From Akkermansia muciniphila (GTDB lineage Bacteria; Verrucomicrobiota; Verrucomicrobiia; Verrucomicrobiales; V1-33): a stretch of 64,000 nucleotides of DNA. Shown here in pieces: positions 10,876 to 21,312 of the stretch. The stretch's first letter is position 1, and each line of letters opens with the position of its first letter. The stretch is taken from positions 9,713-73,712 of the forward strand of contig CALQSQ010000004.1 in assembly GCA_943333275.1 (NCBI GenBank), given 5' to 3'. The translations under genes and the position numbers were made by a program. The notes under the pieces are model-generated. The model was given only the letters and a program-made list of their open reading frames with translations, was not told the DNA's origin and made no database searches.

Positions 10876-11638
10876 GCCAGTGCCCTCCGACAATGTTGTT
10901 CGGTGAAGTGAGCGGATACTCGTTCCAGCCGGCGGTGATTCCTCCGTCCACTGGGATGTTGGCTCCGGTGATGTAGCTCGCGTCATCGCTGGCAAGGAAG
11001 TGAAACGCCGCAGCAATCTCGTCGGGCCACGCGAGGCGGCCCAACGGTGTCGCCTTGCTCACGAATGAAATCTCTGGGTTGTTGGGAATATCGGTGACAG
11101 CAGGCGTGAGCACGGTGCCGGGGCAGACGCAATTCACGGTGATGCCTTTCGCGGCCAGTTCGATGGCACCGAGTTTGGTGAGGTGAATGACGGCCGCTTT
11201 GGAAGTGGAGTAAGCGGTGCCACTGGGCGAGCCGATCATGCCTACAAAGGAGCCCGTGTTGATGATGCGACCGCCGCTTTCGAGCAGTTGCCCGCCGTGC
11301 TTGATACCGAAGGCGACGCTGTGAACATTCACTTCAAAGGTGCGCTGCAGAAGCTGCGGTGTGAGTTCATTGAAGCTGACACCGAGCGGTTGGATGCCCG
11401 CGTTGTTGATGAGGATGTCCACGCGACCAAACTCTGACTTCGCTTGCTCCAACATGCCGCGCACTTCGTCCTCGGCGGAAACATCGGCTTGATGGAACAC
11501 AGCGCCTTCGATCTTGGCAATGTTGCGATCCACCAGCAACACGCACGCTCCAGCCTTGACGAAGCGCTCGACAACGGCGAGGCCGATGCCAGAGGCTCCT
11601 CCAGTTACGACGGCGACTTTGTTGGTCAGGTCAAACAT
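10868..11638 (-). CDS. SDR-family NAD(P)-dependent oxidoreductase
   Basis: N-terminal VAVVTGGASGIGLAV Rossmann motif. Y-x3-K catalytic pair (YSTSKAAV). 256 aa. Confidence 0.8.
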   Translation of the reverse strand: MFDLTNKVAVVTGGASGIGLAVVERFVKAGACVLLVDRNIAKIEGAVFHQADVSAEDEVRGMLEQAKSEFGRVDILINNAGIQPLGVSFNELTPQLLQRTFEVNVHSVAFGIKHGGQLLESGGRIINTGSFVGMIGSPSGTAYSTSKAAVIHLTKLGAIELAAKGITVNCVCPGTVLTPAVTDIPNNPEISFVSKATPLGRLAWPDEIAAAFHFLASDDASYITGANIPVDGGITAGWNEYPLTSPNNIVGGHWHD

Positions 11639-12033
11639 GGTGGTGGTCCGTTGTGCGTGAATTTTGGAAGCTCCGGATCAAGCACGAGCCAGGGAAGATG
11701 ATCGGCCATCCAGTTGTAGTCGTCAGGCTGCAGTGATGCCGCGTCATCCATGGTGCCTAGAGTCAGCTCCAAGAGATCAGGATAGGCGCTGTCGTAGAAG
11801 CTAATGGGTGAGCCGCAGGCAGCACAAAACGCGCGTTCGCGCCCTTCGTAGTGATGCACGCGCAGTTCGCCGGTGATGATGCGGATGTCCTCTTTGGCAA
11901 AGAAGACCCAGCCCTGGAACGGCGCGCCACTGGCACGGCGACAGTCTTCGCAGTGGCAGAGGGACGTGTTTAGTGGTGCGCCGTGCGCTTCGTAGCGCAC
12001 AGCTCCACAGAGGCAGTGGCCAGTCCACATCAT
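11626..12033 (-). CDS. GFA (glutathione-dependent formaldehyde-activating / CENP-V) family protein
   Basis: MMWTGHCLCGAVRYEA...SLCHCEDCRRASGAPF carries the GFA zinc-binding Cys pattern. Start set at MMW (12033), abutting the upstream stop. Confidence 0.6.
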   Translation of the reverse strand: MMWTGHCLCGAVRYEAHGAPLNTSLCHCEDCRRASGAPFQGWVFFAKEDIRIITGELRVHHYEGRERAFCAACGSPISFYDSAYPDLLELTLGTMDDAASLQPDDYNWMADHLPWLVLDPELPKFTHNGPPPCLT

Positions 12034-13292
12034 GGCCTTTGAGAGGGCGCGGGTGGAATGTCGGTCGCGGGCATAACGCCGCGGATCCGGGCCGCAAGGT
12101 ATCGTTGGATCAGCCAAACGGACATCTCCAAGTAACTCAAGCGGCCACGCTGATAACCGCTGGCATAGAACCCGCGCTGCACGGCGGTGCACATTTCCAT
12201 GTCTTCCATGTGAAACTTGCGCAGAATCTCAATCTGCTCGGCACACATCGCTGGCCAGTTCAGGTGCTCGGTGGTGGATGCAGGCACGAGCGTGGTGGTC
12301 AGAAGCTTCACGCGATCCGCAGCGGCGGGGATCATGCGGTAGAAGATGAGGCGATCCGGGTTCGCCGAGATCAGCATGAGCGGATGCACGAGGAAGATGT
12401 GCCACTCGTTTCTCAACTCCGCTGGCAGATCAATGGGCGGCATCCCATGCACGGACTCACCGCGGGCTTCCGCAGCCAGCATGTCATCGAGCATCGCGGG
12501 CTTCACGGGCAGATGCGCTCGGATGTAGGCGGGGCGTTCTTGTTCGTTCCAAGTGAGCTTGGCTGGCATCATCGGCTGCAGCGTCGTCGAGTGCGCGCCG
12601 ATGTGGTGATACGACTCCATGAAGTTCTCCGCGAGCACCTTCCAGTTGAAAGGACAGTCCCACTCCATTTGGATGACCATCTTCATCTCACTGATGTTCC
12701 AGGGCGCGAGTGCCTCGGCCAAACCACTGAGTCGCTCATGCAGCGGCGGTGCGGCACCATCGAGATTGACGAAGACAAAGCCATTCCACACCTCGCAAGC
12801 GAAGGACGTCAGGCCCCACTCCGCACGATCAAAGCATTCCGTCTTCTCCATCTCCGGCGCCCCTTTGAGCCGACCGTCCAAATCAAACGTCCACGCGTGA
12901 TACGGGCACATGAAAACGCGCGAATGGCCACAGTCCGGCGGCCCGTGGCCGGCATAGCCAAAACCCTCGGGCATGATGTCCATCGCCCGATGCGGACACA
13001 CTCGCGAGAGCACGCGGATGTTCTCTTTGCCTCGCACCACGATGAGCGGATCGCCGAAGACGTCGATGTTCAAGTAGTCGCCGACGTTCGGGATCTGCGA
13101 CACATGCGCGAGGGGCAGCCAGTCGTTGCGGAAAACGTGATCGACTTCCCAATCAAAGAACGCCTCGCTCGTGTAGGCTTGTGCTGGCAAGGTCGTGGCC
13201 TGCGCGAGCGGGAGTTGCGCGATGCGTTGGATCTCGGCTTGGATCTGTTCGACGCTCCACTGCGGAAGCGCGTTTCTGGATGACGTGCTCAT
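12030..13292 (-). CDS. Rieske [2Fe-2S] aromatic-ring-hydroxylating oxygenase, alpha subunit-like
   Basis: Rieske motif CPHRAM...CPYHAW. C-terminal mononuclear-iron catalytic domain with HxxxxH. 420 aa. No small subunit or reductase nearby. Confidence 0.75.
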   Translation of the reverse strand: MSTSSRNALPQWSVEQIQAEIQRIAQLPLAQATTLPAQAYTSEAFFDWEVDHVFRNDWLPLAHVSQIPNVGDYLNIDVFGDPLIVVRGKENIRVLSRVCPHRAMDIMPEGFGYAGHGPPDCGHSRVFMCPYHAWTFDLDGRLKGAPEMEKTECFDRAEWGLTSFACEVWNGFVFVNLDGAAPPLHERLSGLAEALAPWNISEMKMVIQMEWDCPFNWKVLAENFMESYHHIGAHSTTLQPMMPAKLTWNEQERPAYIRAHLPVKPAMLDDMLAAEARGESVHGMPPIDLPAELRNEWHIFLVHPLMLISANPDRLIFYRMIPAAADRVKLLTTTLVPASTTEHLNWPAMCAEQIEILRKFHMEDMEMCTAVQRGFYASGYQRGRLSYLEMSVWLIQRYLAARIRGVMPATDIPPAPSQRP

Positions 13293-13295
13293 GGT

Positions 13296-14657
13296 TCAAA
13301 ACAACCGTGCATACTGATCGATCTCCCACTGGCTGACGCGCTGGTGGTATTGGAGCCACTCCTCGCTCTTGTAGGCAACGAACTCGTTGCGGAGTTCGGT
13401 GCCGAGCGTGGCCTCCACAAATGGATCCTCAGCAAATGCGCGGACGGCTTCGTCCAGGGTGCGGGGGAGTTCGCTGATGCCGCGCGCCTTGAATTCCTCC
13501 GCGCTGAGGGCGTAAAGATTATCCTCGTTGGAATTCCCGGGATCCAATTTTTCACGGATGCCCTCAAGCCCCGCGGCCAGCACCAGGGTAGCGGCGAGGT
13601 AGGGATTGCAGGCGGCATCGGCATTGCGGGACTCCATGCGTCCACCCGCCATCGGCACGCGCACGGAGTTTGTGCGGTTGTTGCGTCCGTAACTGTTGAA
13701 CACCGGCGCCCACGTATAGTTTGCCATGAGTCCCCGGCGCACCAGCCGCTTGTAACTGTTCACCGTGGGAGCGAAGGCAGCGCACAAGGCGCGGCCGTGT
13801 TTCAGGACTCCTCCCATGAAATGATAGGCCATCTCACTGATACCCAATCCGCGCGGATCGTCTGCATGCGCACGGGCAAACCTGTTTTTCCCCGTCTCCA
13901 GATCATACAGCGACATGTTGAAATGCGCGCCACTGCCAGTCTTGTCGGCGAAGGGCTTGGGCATAAACGTCGCCAGCAATCCCTCCTCTGCGGCGTAGTG
14001 CTTGGCCATGTAGCGGAAGAAAATGTAGCGGTCGCACATGGTGAGGGCGTCGGCGTATTTGAAATCGAACTCGAACTGGGATGATGCGTCCTCATGGTCG
14101 AAGGAATACAGATCCCATCCAAGGTCATTGATGCAGCTGGCGACCTTGTCGACCCATGTGAACCGATCCAGGAAGCGCTTTACGTCATAGCATGACTTCA
14201 CAAGCGTCTCATCGGGATTGGGGAACTCAAGCTTCCCGTCGGTGGTCAGTTTCAGGACAAACAGCTCGCATTCGATTCCAAGGTTCATGCCGAGGCCCAT
14301 GTCGGCAGCCTGCTTCAATACCTTTTTCAGGGCGCAGCGGGTGTTCACTTCGTAGGGCTCACCCTTGAATGTATTGTCTGCCGGCATCCAGGCGATTTCC
14401 TTTTGCCAGGGAAGTTGGATGATGTTGTCAACGTCAGGAAGCGAGGCGATCTCATCATCGTTGGGACTCTGGCCCAGGCCGTCCAGCGCATATCCGGTGT
14501 AAAGTTCGGAGCCTCTGGCGAAATCCAGGAAATGATCAATCGGCACAAATTTACCCTTTGGCACACCATGGATGTCAACATAGGCGCCAATGCAATATTT
14601 CACGCCCTTGGCCTTGAGGGAGTCGCGGATGGAGGTCAGTTCGGAATCGGTCTTCAT
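13296..14657 (-). CDS. Glutamine synthetase family protein (type I-like gamma-glutamyl ligase; GlnA/PuuA/GmaS-like)
   Basis: 453 aa. The length and conserved acidic residues match GS-like gamma-glutamyl-amine ligases. No adenylylation loop is evident. Confidence 0.7.
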   Translation of the reverse strand: MKTDSELTSIRDSLKAKGVKYCIGAYVDIHGVPKGKFVPIDHFLDFARGSELYTGYALDGLGQSPNDDEIASLPDVDNIIQLPWQKEIAWMPADNTFKGEPYEVNTRCALKKVLKQAADMGLGMNLGIECELFVLKLTTDGKLEFPNPDETLVKSCYDVKRFLDRFTWVDKVASCINDLGWDLYSFDHEDASSQFEFDFKYADALTMCDRYIFFRYMAKHYAAEEGLLATFMPKPFADKTGSGAHFNMSLYDLETGKNRFARAHADDPRGLGISEMAYHFMGGVLKHGRALCAAFAPTVNSYKRLVRRGLMANYTWAPVFNSYGRNNRTNSVRVPMAGGRMESRNADAACNPYLAATLVLAAGLEGIREKLDPGNSNEDNLYALSAEEFKARGISELPRTLDEAVRAFAEDPFVEATLGTELRNEFVAYKSEEWLQYHQRVSQWEIDQYARLF

Positions 14658-14680
14658 TGATTATCTGTGGGGATGGTGGT

Positions 14681-15469
14681 TTAATACAAGACGTTGGAGT
14701 CGGACCAGTGATGCGGATCGAGGGGCGGGATTTCGCAACGGGCGCGGTTGATGATCTCGGCCAGCGCCTCGCCCATTTTGACAAACATTTTCGCGCCGCG
14801 ATCAGCCGAGCCCAGCGATGGCTTGCCGGTGATTCCGTTCAGGCTTGTTTGGGAGACGGGGTAACTGAATACGAGACCTTCCGTCCGGTCGGGATCATCC
14901 TCCACCCAATCCATGCGCACGGTGTCCGGCGCCAAGTGCAGCATGAGATCAGTCTCCGCACAATTTGCATGCAGGTCTGCGGCGTCATTGATGAAATAAT
15001 TCCAAATCTCAGTAGTGAGCTGGTAGGTGTGTCTGAGGCCGATTTGAATTCCCCCCAGAAATTCCGTCCGAATGCGATCCACTGCCACCCGAAGGGATGC
15101 GTCGTTTCCGAAATGGGCGTTGACGATGAGCAGTCGCCTCCACCCTGTGCGCATGCTCCACAGGGCGATCTCCCGGATCATGGCGATGAGGGTTTCGTGA
15201 TTGATCGAAAATGTCCCCGGCCACTTGGAAGTGTGCCCGACGGAAACCCCGTAGGAAAGTGGGGGCAGCATGGGCACCATGGTTCTCGCGGAGGCGTAGG
15301 AGCAGACAGCGGAGGCGATGGCGGTATCCGTGTTGATTGGTAGGTGGGGGCCGTGCTGCTCGGTCGCACCGATGGGGAGGATCAGCATGTCCTGACCTCC
15401 AGCCTGGAGTTCCGCGATGGCTCTCCAGGAAAGGTTCTCCAGCAAAACGGGGGATTCATTCGACATCAT
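14681..15469 (-). CDS. Creatininase-family amidohydrolase
   Basis: LILPIGATEQHGPHLPINTDTAIA is the creatininase-family signature. Start set at MMSNE (15469), 11 nt after the upstream stop. Confidence 0.7.
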   Translation of the reverse strand: MMSNESPVLLENLSWRAIAELQAGGQDMLILPIGATEQHGPHLPINTDTAIASAVCSYASARTMVPMLPPLSYGVSVGHTSKWPGTFSINHETLIAMIREIALWSMRTGWRRLLIVNAHFGNDASLRVAVDRIRTEFLGGIQIGLRHTYQLTTEIWNYFINDAADLHANCAETDLMLHLAPDTVRMDWVEDDPDRTEGLVFSYPVSQTSLNGITGKPSLGSADRGAKMFVKMGEALAEIINRARCEIPPLDPHHWSDSNVLY

Positions 15470-16346
15470 CGCCTGCCTTGGTGAGTTTGACGACGGGCAA
15501 CTTGTCCTCTTCAACATCGATGGGTGGATGGATGAGTTCCTCAAGGCGGAGCTTGAGTGCGAGATATTCAGGAGAAACAAACTGTGCGGTGGAGCGCGGG
15601 CGGGGAATGGGATTCTCAATCACCTCCACGATCCGTCCCGGATTGGTTCCCATAACCATGATGCGATCCGAAAGATACGCGGCCTCCTCAAGGTCATGCG
15701 TGATGAAGAGAACCGTGATGTCCACTTTCTTCCAAATTTGTAGCAGGTAGCTTTGCATCTGGGCGCGGGTCTGGGCATCGAGTGCGCCAAAGGGTTCGTC
15801 CATGATGAGGATGCGCGGCTCATTGGCGAGAGCCCGCGCAATGGCGACGCGTTGCTTCATTCCGCCCGACAATTCATGGGGATAGGACTCCTCAAATTTC
15901 GAAAGTCCCACCATGTCGAGCCATTGCCGGGCTTCCGATTCGGCGGTGAATTTGTCCTTGCCGCGCATTTCAATGCCAAACATGACGTTGCGTTTCACCG
16001 TCAGCCAGGGAAACAGCGTATAGCCCTGGAAGACCATTCCGCGATCCGGGCCGGGTTCACCAATCTCCCTCCCATCAAGCAGCGCCACGCCTCCGCTGCA
16101 TTCGTCCAGACCGGCGATGATGCGGATGAAGGTGGATTTACCGCATCCGGAGGGACCGATGACGGTGATGAATTCGCGGCGGCGGATGTCGATCGAAACG
16201 CCGTCGAAAACAGTGCGCGTGCTGCCGTTGACGCCATAGGTCTTCTTCAGGCCGCGCACGCTCAGAATCACGGGACGCTGCCGGATGCGTTCAAACCGGG
16301 CTGCGACCTCCGGGGAAAGATTGCGATAATCGAGGGCCGCACTCAT
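15456..16346 (-). CDS. ABC transporter ATP-binding protein (NitT/TauT family)
   Basis: Walker A GPSGCGKST. Signature LSGGMKQRVAIARAL. Walker B ILIMDEPFGALD. Confidence 0.85.
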   Translation of the reverse strand: MSAALDYRNLSPEVAARFERIRQRPVILSVRGLKKTYGVNGSTRTVFDGVSIDIRRREFITVIGPSGCGKSTFIRIIAGLDECSGGVALLDGREIGEPGPDRGMVFQGYTLFPWLTVKRNVMFGIEMRGKDKFTAESEARQWLDMVGLSKFEESYPHELSGGMKQRVAIARALANEPRILIMDEPFGALDAQTRAQMQSYLLQIWKKVDITVLFITHDLEEAAYLSDRIMVMGTNPGRIVEVIENPIPRPRSTAQFVSPEYLALKLRLEELIHPPIDVEEDKLPVVKLTKAGDDVE

Positions 16347-17377
16347 GCTTCGACGGCCTTAGCAGGCTTGGGTCTTGAGTTGAAAATGCGGCCAAGCAAT
16401 GACCCCTTACCTGACGCGGCAGCGGAGCGCCGTTTCCACGGGAAGATCACCCTCCCAATCCAAGCCAGCAGCAGGTCTGTGGTGAAACCGATGATGCCGA
16501 TCATGAAGATGGCGGCATAGACGTTGTCGAAATTCCGGTAACGCGCCTGCTGATTGATGAAATACGTGATCCCCGACATCGTGCCGACGACTTCGGCAAC
16601 GATCAGATAGGTCCACGCCCAACCCAGCAGAATGCGCATGTCGGTATAGATGTCGCTTACCGAAGCCGGGATTACCACACGCCTCAGCAGTTTCCACCCC
16701 CGTGCCCCCAGGGTCTGGGCAGCCTCAATGAGCCCGGGATCGACCTTGCGCACGGTATTGCTGATGACCAGAACCTGCTGGAAGAAAGTGCCGATGAAAA
16801 TGATCGCAATCTTCGGGCCATCATCGATTCCCAAAATGGCCACACACAGGGCTCCGAAGGCCGGGGCGGGCAGGTAGCGGAAAAACTCAATGAATGGTTC
16901 CTGCAGGCGGGAGAAGAAGCGGTAGGTGCCGCAGAGAATGCCCAATGGCACACCGAAAATTGAGGAAATGACAAACCCCCAGAAGATGGTTCGGAGGCTG
17001 TGCGCCAGACTCTCGTGCAGCCACGGCTCATTGGGCAGGCGCGGCTCGGTGGTAAAGGCTGTGTAAAACGCCCGGGCCACCCTGTGTGGCGGTGGAAGGT
17101 AAAGGGGATTGATCCGATATCCTTCCGGCAGCGTGCCGCCCGCTGCCTGCACCTTTTCCAGTTCGGCATCGAAGTCCGCCCGCGGCACATCCATGTCCTC
17201 GACAAAATAGTCCACATCTCCAGGTGCAGTGACATGGACGAGTGGATGCCAGAGCCACGGCACGTAACTGATGGCGCACCAAAGCGCGAGCGGCAGGAGA
17301 AACGAACACAGCGCCAGCACAAATCTTCGCCGTGGGGGCAGGTCGTGCTTCAACCCCAGCCAGTCGCGCTTCGGCAT
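16343..17377 (-). CDS. ABC transporter permease (NitT/TauT family)
   Basis: Polytopic membrane protein. 4-bp overlap with the ATPase gene. Confidence 0.8.
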   Translation of the reverse strand: MPKRDWLGLKHDLPPRRRFVLALCSFLLPLALWCAISYVPWLWHPLVHVTAPGDVDYFVEDMDVPRADFDAELEKVQAAGGTLPEGYRINPLYLPPPHRVARAFYTAFTTEPRLPNEPWLHESLAHSLRTIFWGFVISSIFGVPLGILCGTYRFFSRLQEPFIEFFRYLPAPAFGALCVAILGIDDGPKIAIIFIGTFFQQVLVISNTVRKVDPGLIEAAQTLGARGWKLLRRVVIPASVSDIYTDMRILLGWAWTYLIVAEVVGTMSGITYFINQQARYRNFDNVYAAIFMIGIIGFTTDLLLAWIGRVIFPWKRRSAAASGKGSLLGRIFNSRPKPAKAVEA

Positions 17378-17396
17378 ATGGGTGGTGGGTGAAAAC

Positions 17397-18368
17397 TTAT
17401 TTCAGGGCCTCAACCACACTTGGGGTCAGGTAACTTTCGGGTTTCTGGGAGTCCTTGTAAACCTTGTTGTCCAGATTGAATTTGTTTCCAACCGCCATGG
17501 AACCATAAATGGAGTCCAGACCCTCGCCTTTCTTGTAGGCTGCCTTGGCTTCCTTCAGCGTGAGGAAATGAGTTCCGGGGACATTGCTGGCGTAGTCTGC
17601 AACTTCCGCCCCAACCTTGGCCGCCATGATCTTTACCGCGTCGTCCTTGGTTTTTTCATCCAGTAGGTAATCCACACACTTGTAAAAGACAGCTGTGAAC
17701 TTGGACCATGACTCCTTGTTTTTGGCATAGCTGGTGGGATTGACCGCCAGCACATCGTAGATCAGGCCCTTGGCCTCCGCGCTGGAGAAAAGTTTTTTGG
17801 AACCGGCAACCTGCTTCAGGGCCTGGCCCGAGGATGGATACCAGGCGCCGATGGCGGCGACTTTTCCAGAAGCGAGCGTCTGGGGGGTTTCGTTCGTCGG
17901 GGTGTTGACGAGTTCGACATCGGATTGCTTCATGCCATTGACCTCCAGGGCCTTGAGCAGCAGCAGGTGTTCCACGAGGGTGAGTTCCAGACCGACCTTC
18001 TGGCCCTTGAGGTCCTTGATGGACTCGATTCCCGGTTTGCCAACGATCGCGTCACTTCCATCGCTGTAATCCAAAAGGGCGATGATCTTGCTCTTGGCTC
18101 CGTTGGCGCCATTCACCAGCGCATCCGTGGCCACGCAGGTCACCGCATCAATCTTTCCAGCGGAAAATGCATCCAGTGAGGGCAGGTAGTCGAACCAAAC
18201 CAGTTCAACTTCGATTCCTGCCTCCTTGAACCATCCTTTCTGCTTCGCCACCTCAAGGACGGTATAGCCAGGCCAGTCTGAATAACCGACTTTCAGCGGG
18301 GCGGCATTAGCATTGAAGAGCAGGCCGGTCAGGAGGAGCACTAGGCAGGGAAGGAGTTTGGCTTTCAT
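17397..18368 (-). CDS. ABC transporter periplasmic substrate-binding protein (NitT/TauT family)
   Basis: Signal peptide MKAKLLPCLVLLLTGLLFNANA. SBP-sized (323 aa). First gene of the long minus-strand gene run. Confidence 0.75.
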   Translation of the reverse strand: MKAKLLPCLVLLLTGLLFNANAAPLKVGYSDWPGYTVLEVAKQKGWFKEAGIEVELVWFDYLPSLDAFSAGKIDAVTCVATDALVNGANGAKSKIIALLDYSDGSDAIVGKPGIESIKDLKGQKVGLELTLVEHLLLLKALEVNGMKQSDVELVNTPTNETPQTLASGKVAAIGAWYPSSGQALKQVAGSKKLFSSAEAKGLIYDVLAVNPTSYAKNKESWSKFTAVFYKCVDYLLDEKTKDDAVKIMAAKVGAEVADYASNVPGTHFLTLKEAKAAYKKGEGLDSIYGSMAVGNKFNLDNKVYKDSQKPESYLTPSVVEALK

Positions 18369-18531
18369 GGGAGATGTGGAATTATGGTTGCGGATTAATT
18401 AGGTGTAACCCCTCCCTCTCCAGCATCCCTTGTGCCAAGTGGATGCCGCATTCACCATCATCATAAATAAAGCAGGGCTTCGTCATACCCTTTTCAGGGC
18501 TGTTAACCCGCCACCGCTTGGGCCTCAAAAA

Positions 18532-19989
18532 TCAGATGCTCTGATAATTTACCGGTTCTTCAGTGATGACAATGTCATGCGCATGGCTCTCCTTGAGTCC
18601 ACCAGCAGTAATACGCACGAAGTTGGCCTTGGAACGGAGGTCGGTGAGGTCCTTGGCACCCAAGTAGCCCATGCCGGAGCGGAGGCCGCCGACAAGTTGG
18701 AATACGACATCGCGCAGATGACCACGGAACGGGACGCGGCCTTCCACTCCTTCGGCGACGAGTTTGCCGGATGAGTTCTGGCCGTAGCGGTCGCCGGAGC
18801 CCTGGCGCATGGCCTTGAGGCTGCCCATGCCGCGGTATTCCTTGAATGTTCGCCCCTGATAGTTTACCAAATTTCCGGGACTTTCCATCGTTCCCGCCAG
18901 CAGCGACCCCAGCATGACAATGTCCGCACCCGCGGCCAGCGCCTTAACGATATCGCCGGAATAACGAATTCCCCCGTCGGCAATCGCGGCCACGCCGTGC
19001 TCGCGGCAGACGCGACTCACCTGCTGGATCGCGGTAAACTGTGGCACTCCGACTCCGGCAATGACCCGGGTGGTGCAGATGGAACCAGGCCCCACTCCAA
19101 TCTTGATGGCAGAGGCCCCCGAGGAAATAAGGTCCCGCGCGCCCTGCTCGGTTACAACATTTCCAGCGATGACCGGCACATGTGGAAAGCGATTTTTCAG
19201 CACCTGCACCATTTCCATGACCCTGCTGGTATGACCGGTTGCGGCATCAATGCCCAGGGCATCGGCCCCAGCCTCAATCACTGCCGCAGCGCGCTCCAGG
19301 GCATCGCCACCCACCCCGATCGCCGCCGCCACCCGCAACTGGCCCCGTTCATCCTTGGCAGCCTCGAGAAACATTTCCCGCTTCTGAATATCCTGGCTGG
19401 TGATCATACCCACGAGTTCGTCCGCCTTGTTGACGAGCGGAAGTTTCTCGATGCGGTGTTTGTAGAGCAGGGCACGCGCAGTTTCCCAGCCAGTCTCCGG
19501 GCCACTGACGACAAGTCGCTCGCGCGGAGTCATCACATCGCTGACCTTGCTTTCGGCATTTTCCACATACCAGACATCGCGCGTCGTCACCATTCCCACC
19601 AGTTTCCCATGGGCATCAACGACAGGAAAACCTGCCACGCCCCGCTGCGCCATCGTCTCCAGCAAATCGCGCACCGGAAGTTCGGGGCTAACGGTGAATG
19701 GTTGCGCGATCACCGTATTCTCCGAGCGCTTGACCTTCGCGACCATTTCCGCCTGGCGGGCGATGGGGACATTGCGATGAATCACCCCAAGCCCCCCCTG
19801 CCGCGCCAGGGCGATGGCGAGTTCACTTTCCGTGACGGTGTCCATGGCCGAGGAGATGATGGGCACATTCAAGGCCAGGGAATCGGTAAGGCACGTGCGA
19901 ACATCCGCTTCAGAAGGAATAATTTCGCTGTGCTGCGGCACAAGCAGGACATCATCGAAGGCAAGGCCGAGAGGTATAAGATCGTTCAT
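18532..19989 (-). CDS. guaB: Inosine-5'-monophosphate dehydrogenase
   Basis: Tandem CBS domains. Catalytic loop GVGPGSICTTRVIAGVGVPQ. 485 aa. Confidence 0.9.
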   Translation of the reverse strand: MNDLIPLGLAFDDVLLVPQHSEIIPSEADVRTCLTDSLALNVPIISSAMDTVTESELAIALARQGGLGVIHRNVPIARQAEMVAKVKRSENTVIAQPFTVSPELPVRDLLETMAQRGVAGFPVVDAHGKLVGMVTTRDVWYVENAESKVSDVMTPRERLVVSGPETGWETARALLYKHRIEKLPLVNKADELVGMITSQDIQKREMFLEAAKDERGQLRVAAAIGVGGDALERAAAVIEAGADALGIDAATGHTSRVMEMVQVLKNRFPHVPVIAGNVVTEQGARDLISSGASAIKIGVGPGSICTTRVIAGVGVPQFTAIQQVSRVCREHGVAAIADGGIRYSGDIVKALAAGADIVMLGSLLAGTMESPGNLVNYQGRTFKEYRGMGSLKAMRQGSGDRYGQNSSGKLVAEGVEGRVPFRGHLRDVVFQLVGGLRSGMGYLGAKDLTDLRSKANFVRITAGGLKESHAHDIVITEEPVNYQSI

Positions 19990-20223
19990 GGAGTGGACGT
20001 GAAAGGAGGTTGCACCTTATACCAACGTTGCGTTACGCGGGTGGTTGGGAGTGTCAAAGGGAATTGTTTCCCACCTCGTCAACTTGGCGTTCATCAAGTC
20101 GAATTTGTTAGAAATGGATTTTTCTTACAAAATCATTTGTCTTTTCTGTAAAGAGAGAAATATTGAACCAAGCGAGGTGCCTTTTGAACGAAAATCCCCC
20201 GCGAAACGCAACCCACCACTGCC

Positions 20224-21312
20224 ATGATTGACACCGAGCAGACTCCCACTACGATAGCTTGTGAAAAAAATCACAAGCTCGCCGTCATGACTCCCCCCAT
20301 CGCAACGCCCTCTTCTGAAACGTCCCTGCCTGAGGAACTGGTCTTCCCATTCGCCCTGGTCGCTGACCAGTTGGTGGGTGTGGAGGAGGCCATTTTGGCG
20401 CAGGCGAATGCCTTTGATCCTGGCGTGGCTGGTTATGTGGAATACGTCTGCGGCACGAGCGGCAAGCGCATTCGTCCCGCGCTCGCCCTGCTCGCGGGTG
20501 GTGCCTGCGGCGGCGCCAATGCCGAGGTGCTGAAGCTCGGGGTCATCCTGGAAATGATTCACCTGGCCAGTCTCGTTCACGACGACATCATGGACGGAGC
20601 CACGATCCGCCGCAAGGCTCCCACGGCTTCTGTGAAATGGGGCAATGCCCTGAGCGTGCTGCTGGGCGACTGCCTGTTTGCCCATGCCTTGGAGCTGGCT
20701 TCGACGTTTGAAGGCAATCATGTCAGCCGGAAAATCGCCCGGGCATCAAACGATGTTTGTTCGGGGGAAATTTTGCAGACGCAACGGCGATTCGATTTCA
20801 ACCTGAGCCTGCCGGAGTATTTCAAGATCATCCGGATGAAGACAGCAGCGTTGTTTGCCAGCGCCACCGAACTTTCGGCGCATCTTTGCGGAGCCTCCGA
20901 GGAGGTGCAGGCGGCGATGCAATCTTACGGTGAGGCCCTGGGCACAGCCTATCAGATCTACGATGACGTGCTGGACCTAGTGGGAGACGAATCCAAGATC
21001 GGCAAGACCCTGGGGACAGACCTCATCAAGGGCAAACTCACGCTGCCAATCCTCTACCTGCGCGACATGGCATCGGAGTCACAGAAGCAAAAGCTCAACA
21101 AGCTGATGCTGCAGCATGAGCCCATTGAGGTGAATGTGCTCGCGGGAATTGCGGATTACGAAGGCGCCATCGAACAGGCCATTGGCACCGCGCGTGATTA
21201 CCTGAACCAGGCGCGCAGCAGTCTCCTCGTTCTGCCGGAATCAGATTACCGCGTGGCTCTGGAAGGCATCACGAAGTATCTGGACCGGCTGTTGGACAAG
21301 TGCGGGAAATAG
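20224..21312 (+). CDS. ispB: Polyprenyl diphosphate synthase (octaprenyl/solanesyl type)
   Basis: First DDxxD motif LASLVHDDIMD. Second motif YQIYDDVLD. 362 aa. Confidence 0.8.
   Translation: MIDTEQTPTTIACEKNHKLAVMTPPIATPSSETSLPEELVFPFALVADQLVGVEEAILAQANAFDPGVAGYVEYVCGTSGKRIRPALALLAGGACGGANAEVLKLGVILEMIHLASLVHDDIMDGATIRRKAPTASVKWGNALSVLLGDCLFAHALELASTFEGNHVSRKIARASNDVCSGEILQTQRRFDFNLSLPEYFKIIRMKTAALFASATELSAHLCGASEEVQAAMQSYGEALGTAYQIYDDVLDLVGDESKIGKTLGTDLIKGKLTLPILYLRDMASESQKQKLNKLMLQHEPIEVNVLAGIADYEGAIEQAIGTARDYLNQARSSLLVLPESDYRVALEGITKYLDRLLDKCGK

Noticed and set aside
18369-18531. Possible guanidine-I (ykkC) riboswitch upstream of the first gene of the long operon
   Set aside because: Only a weak resemblance (GGCGGGTTAACAGCCC against the GGCGGG-ACAAA-AGCCC hairpin of the consensus). 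The conserved 5' elements (UAGGGUUCCG, GGUCCGAGAG) are not visible. This needs a covariance-model scan and is not called.
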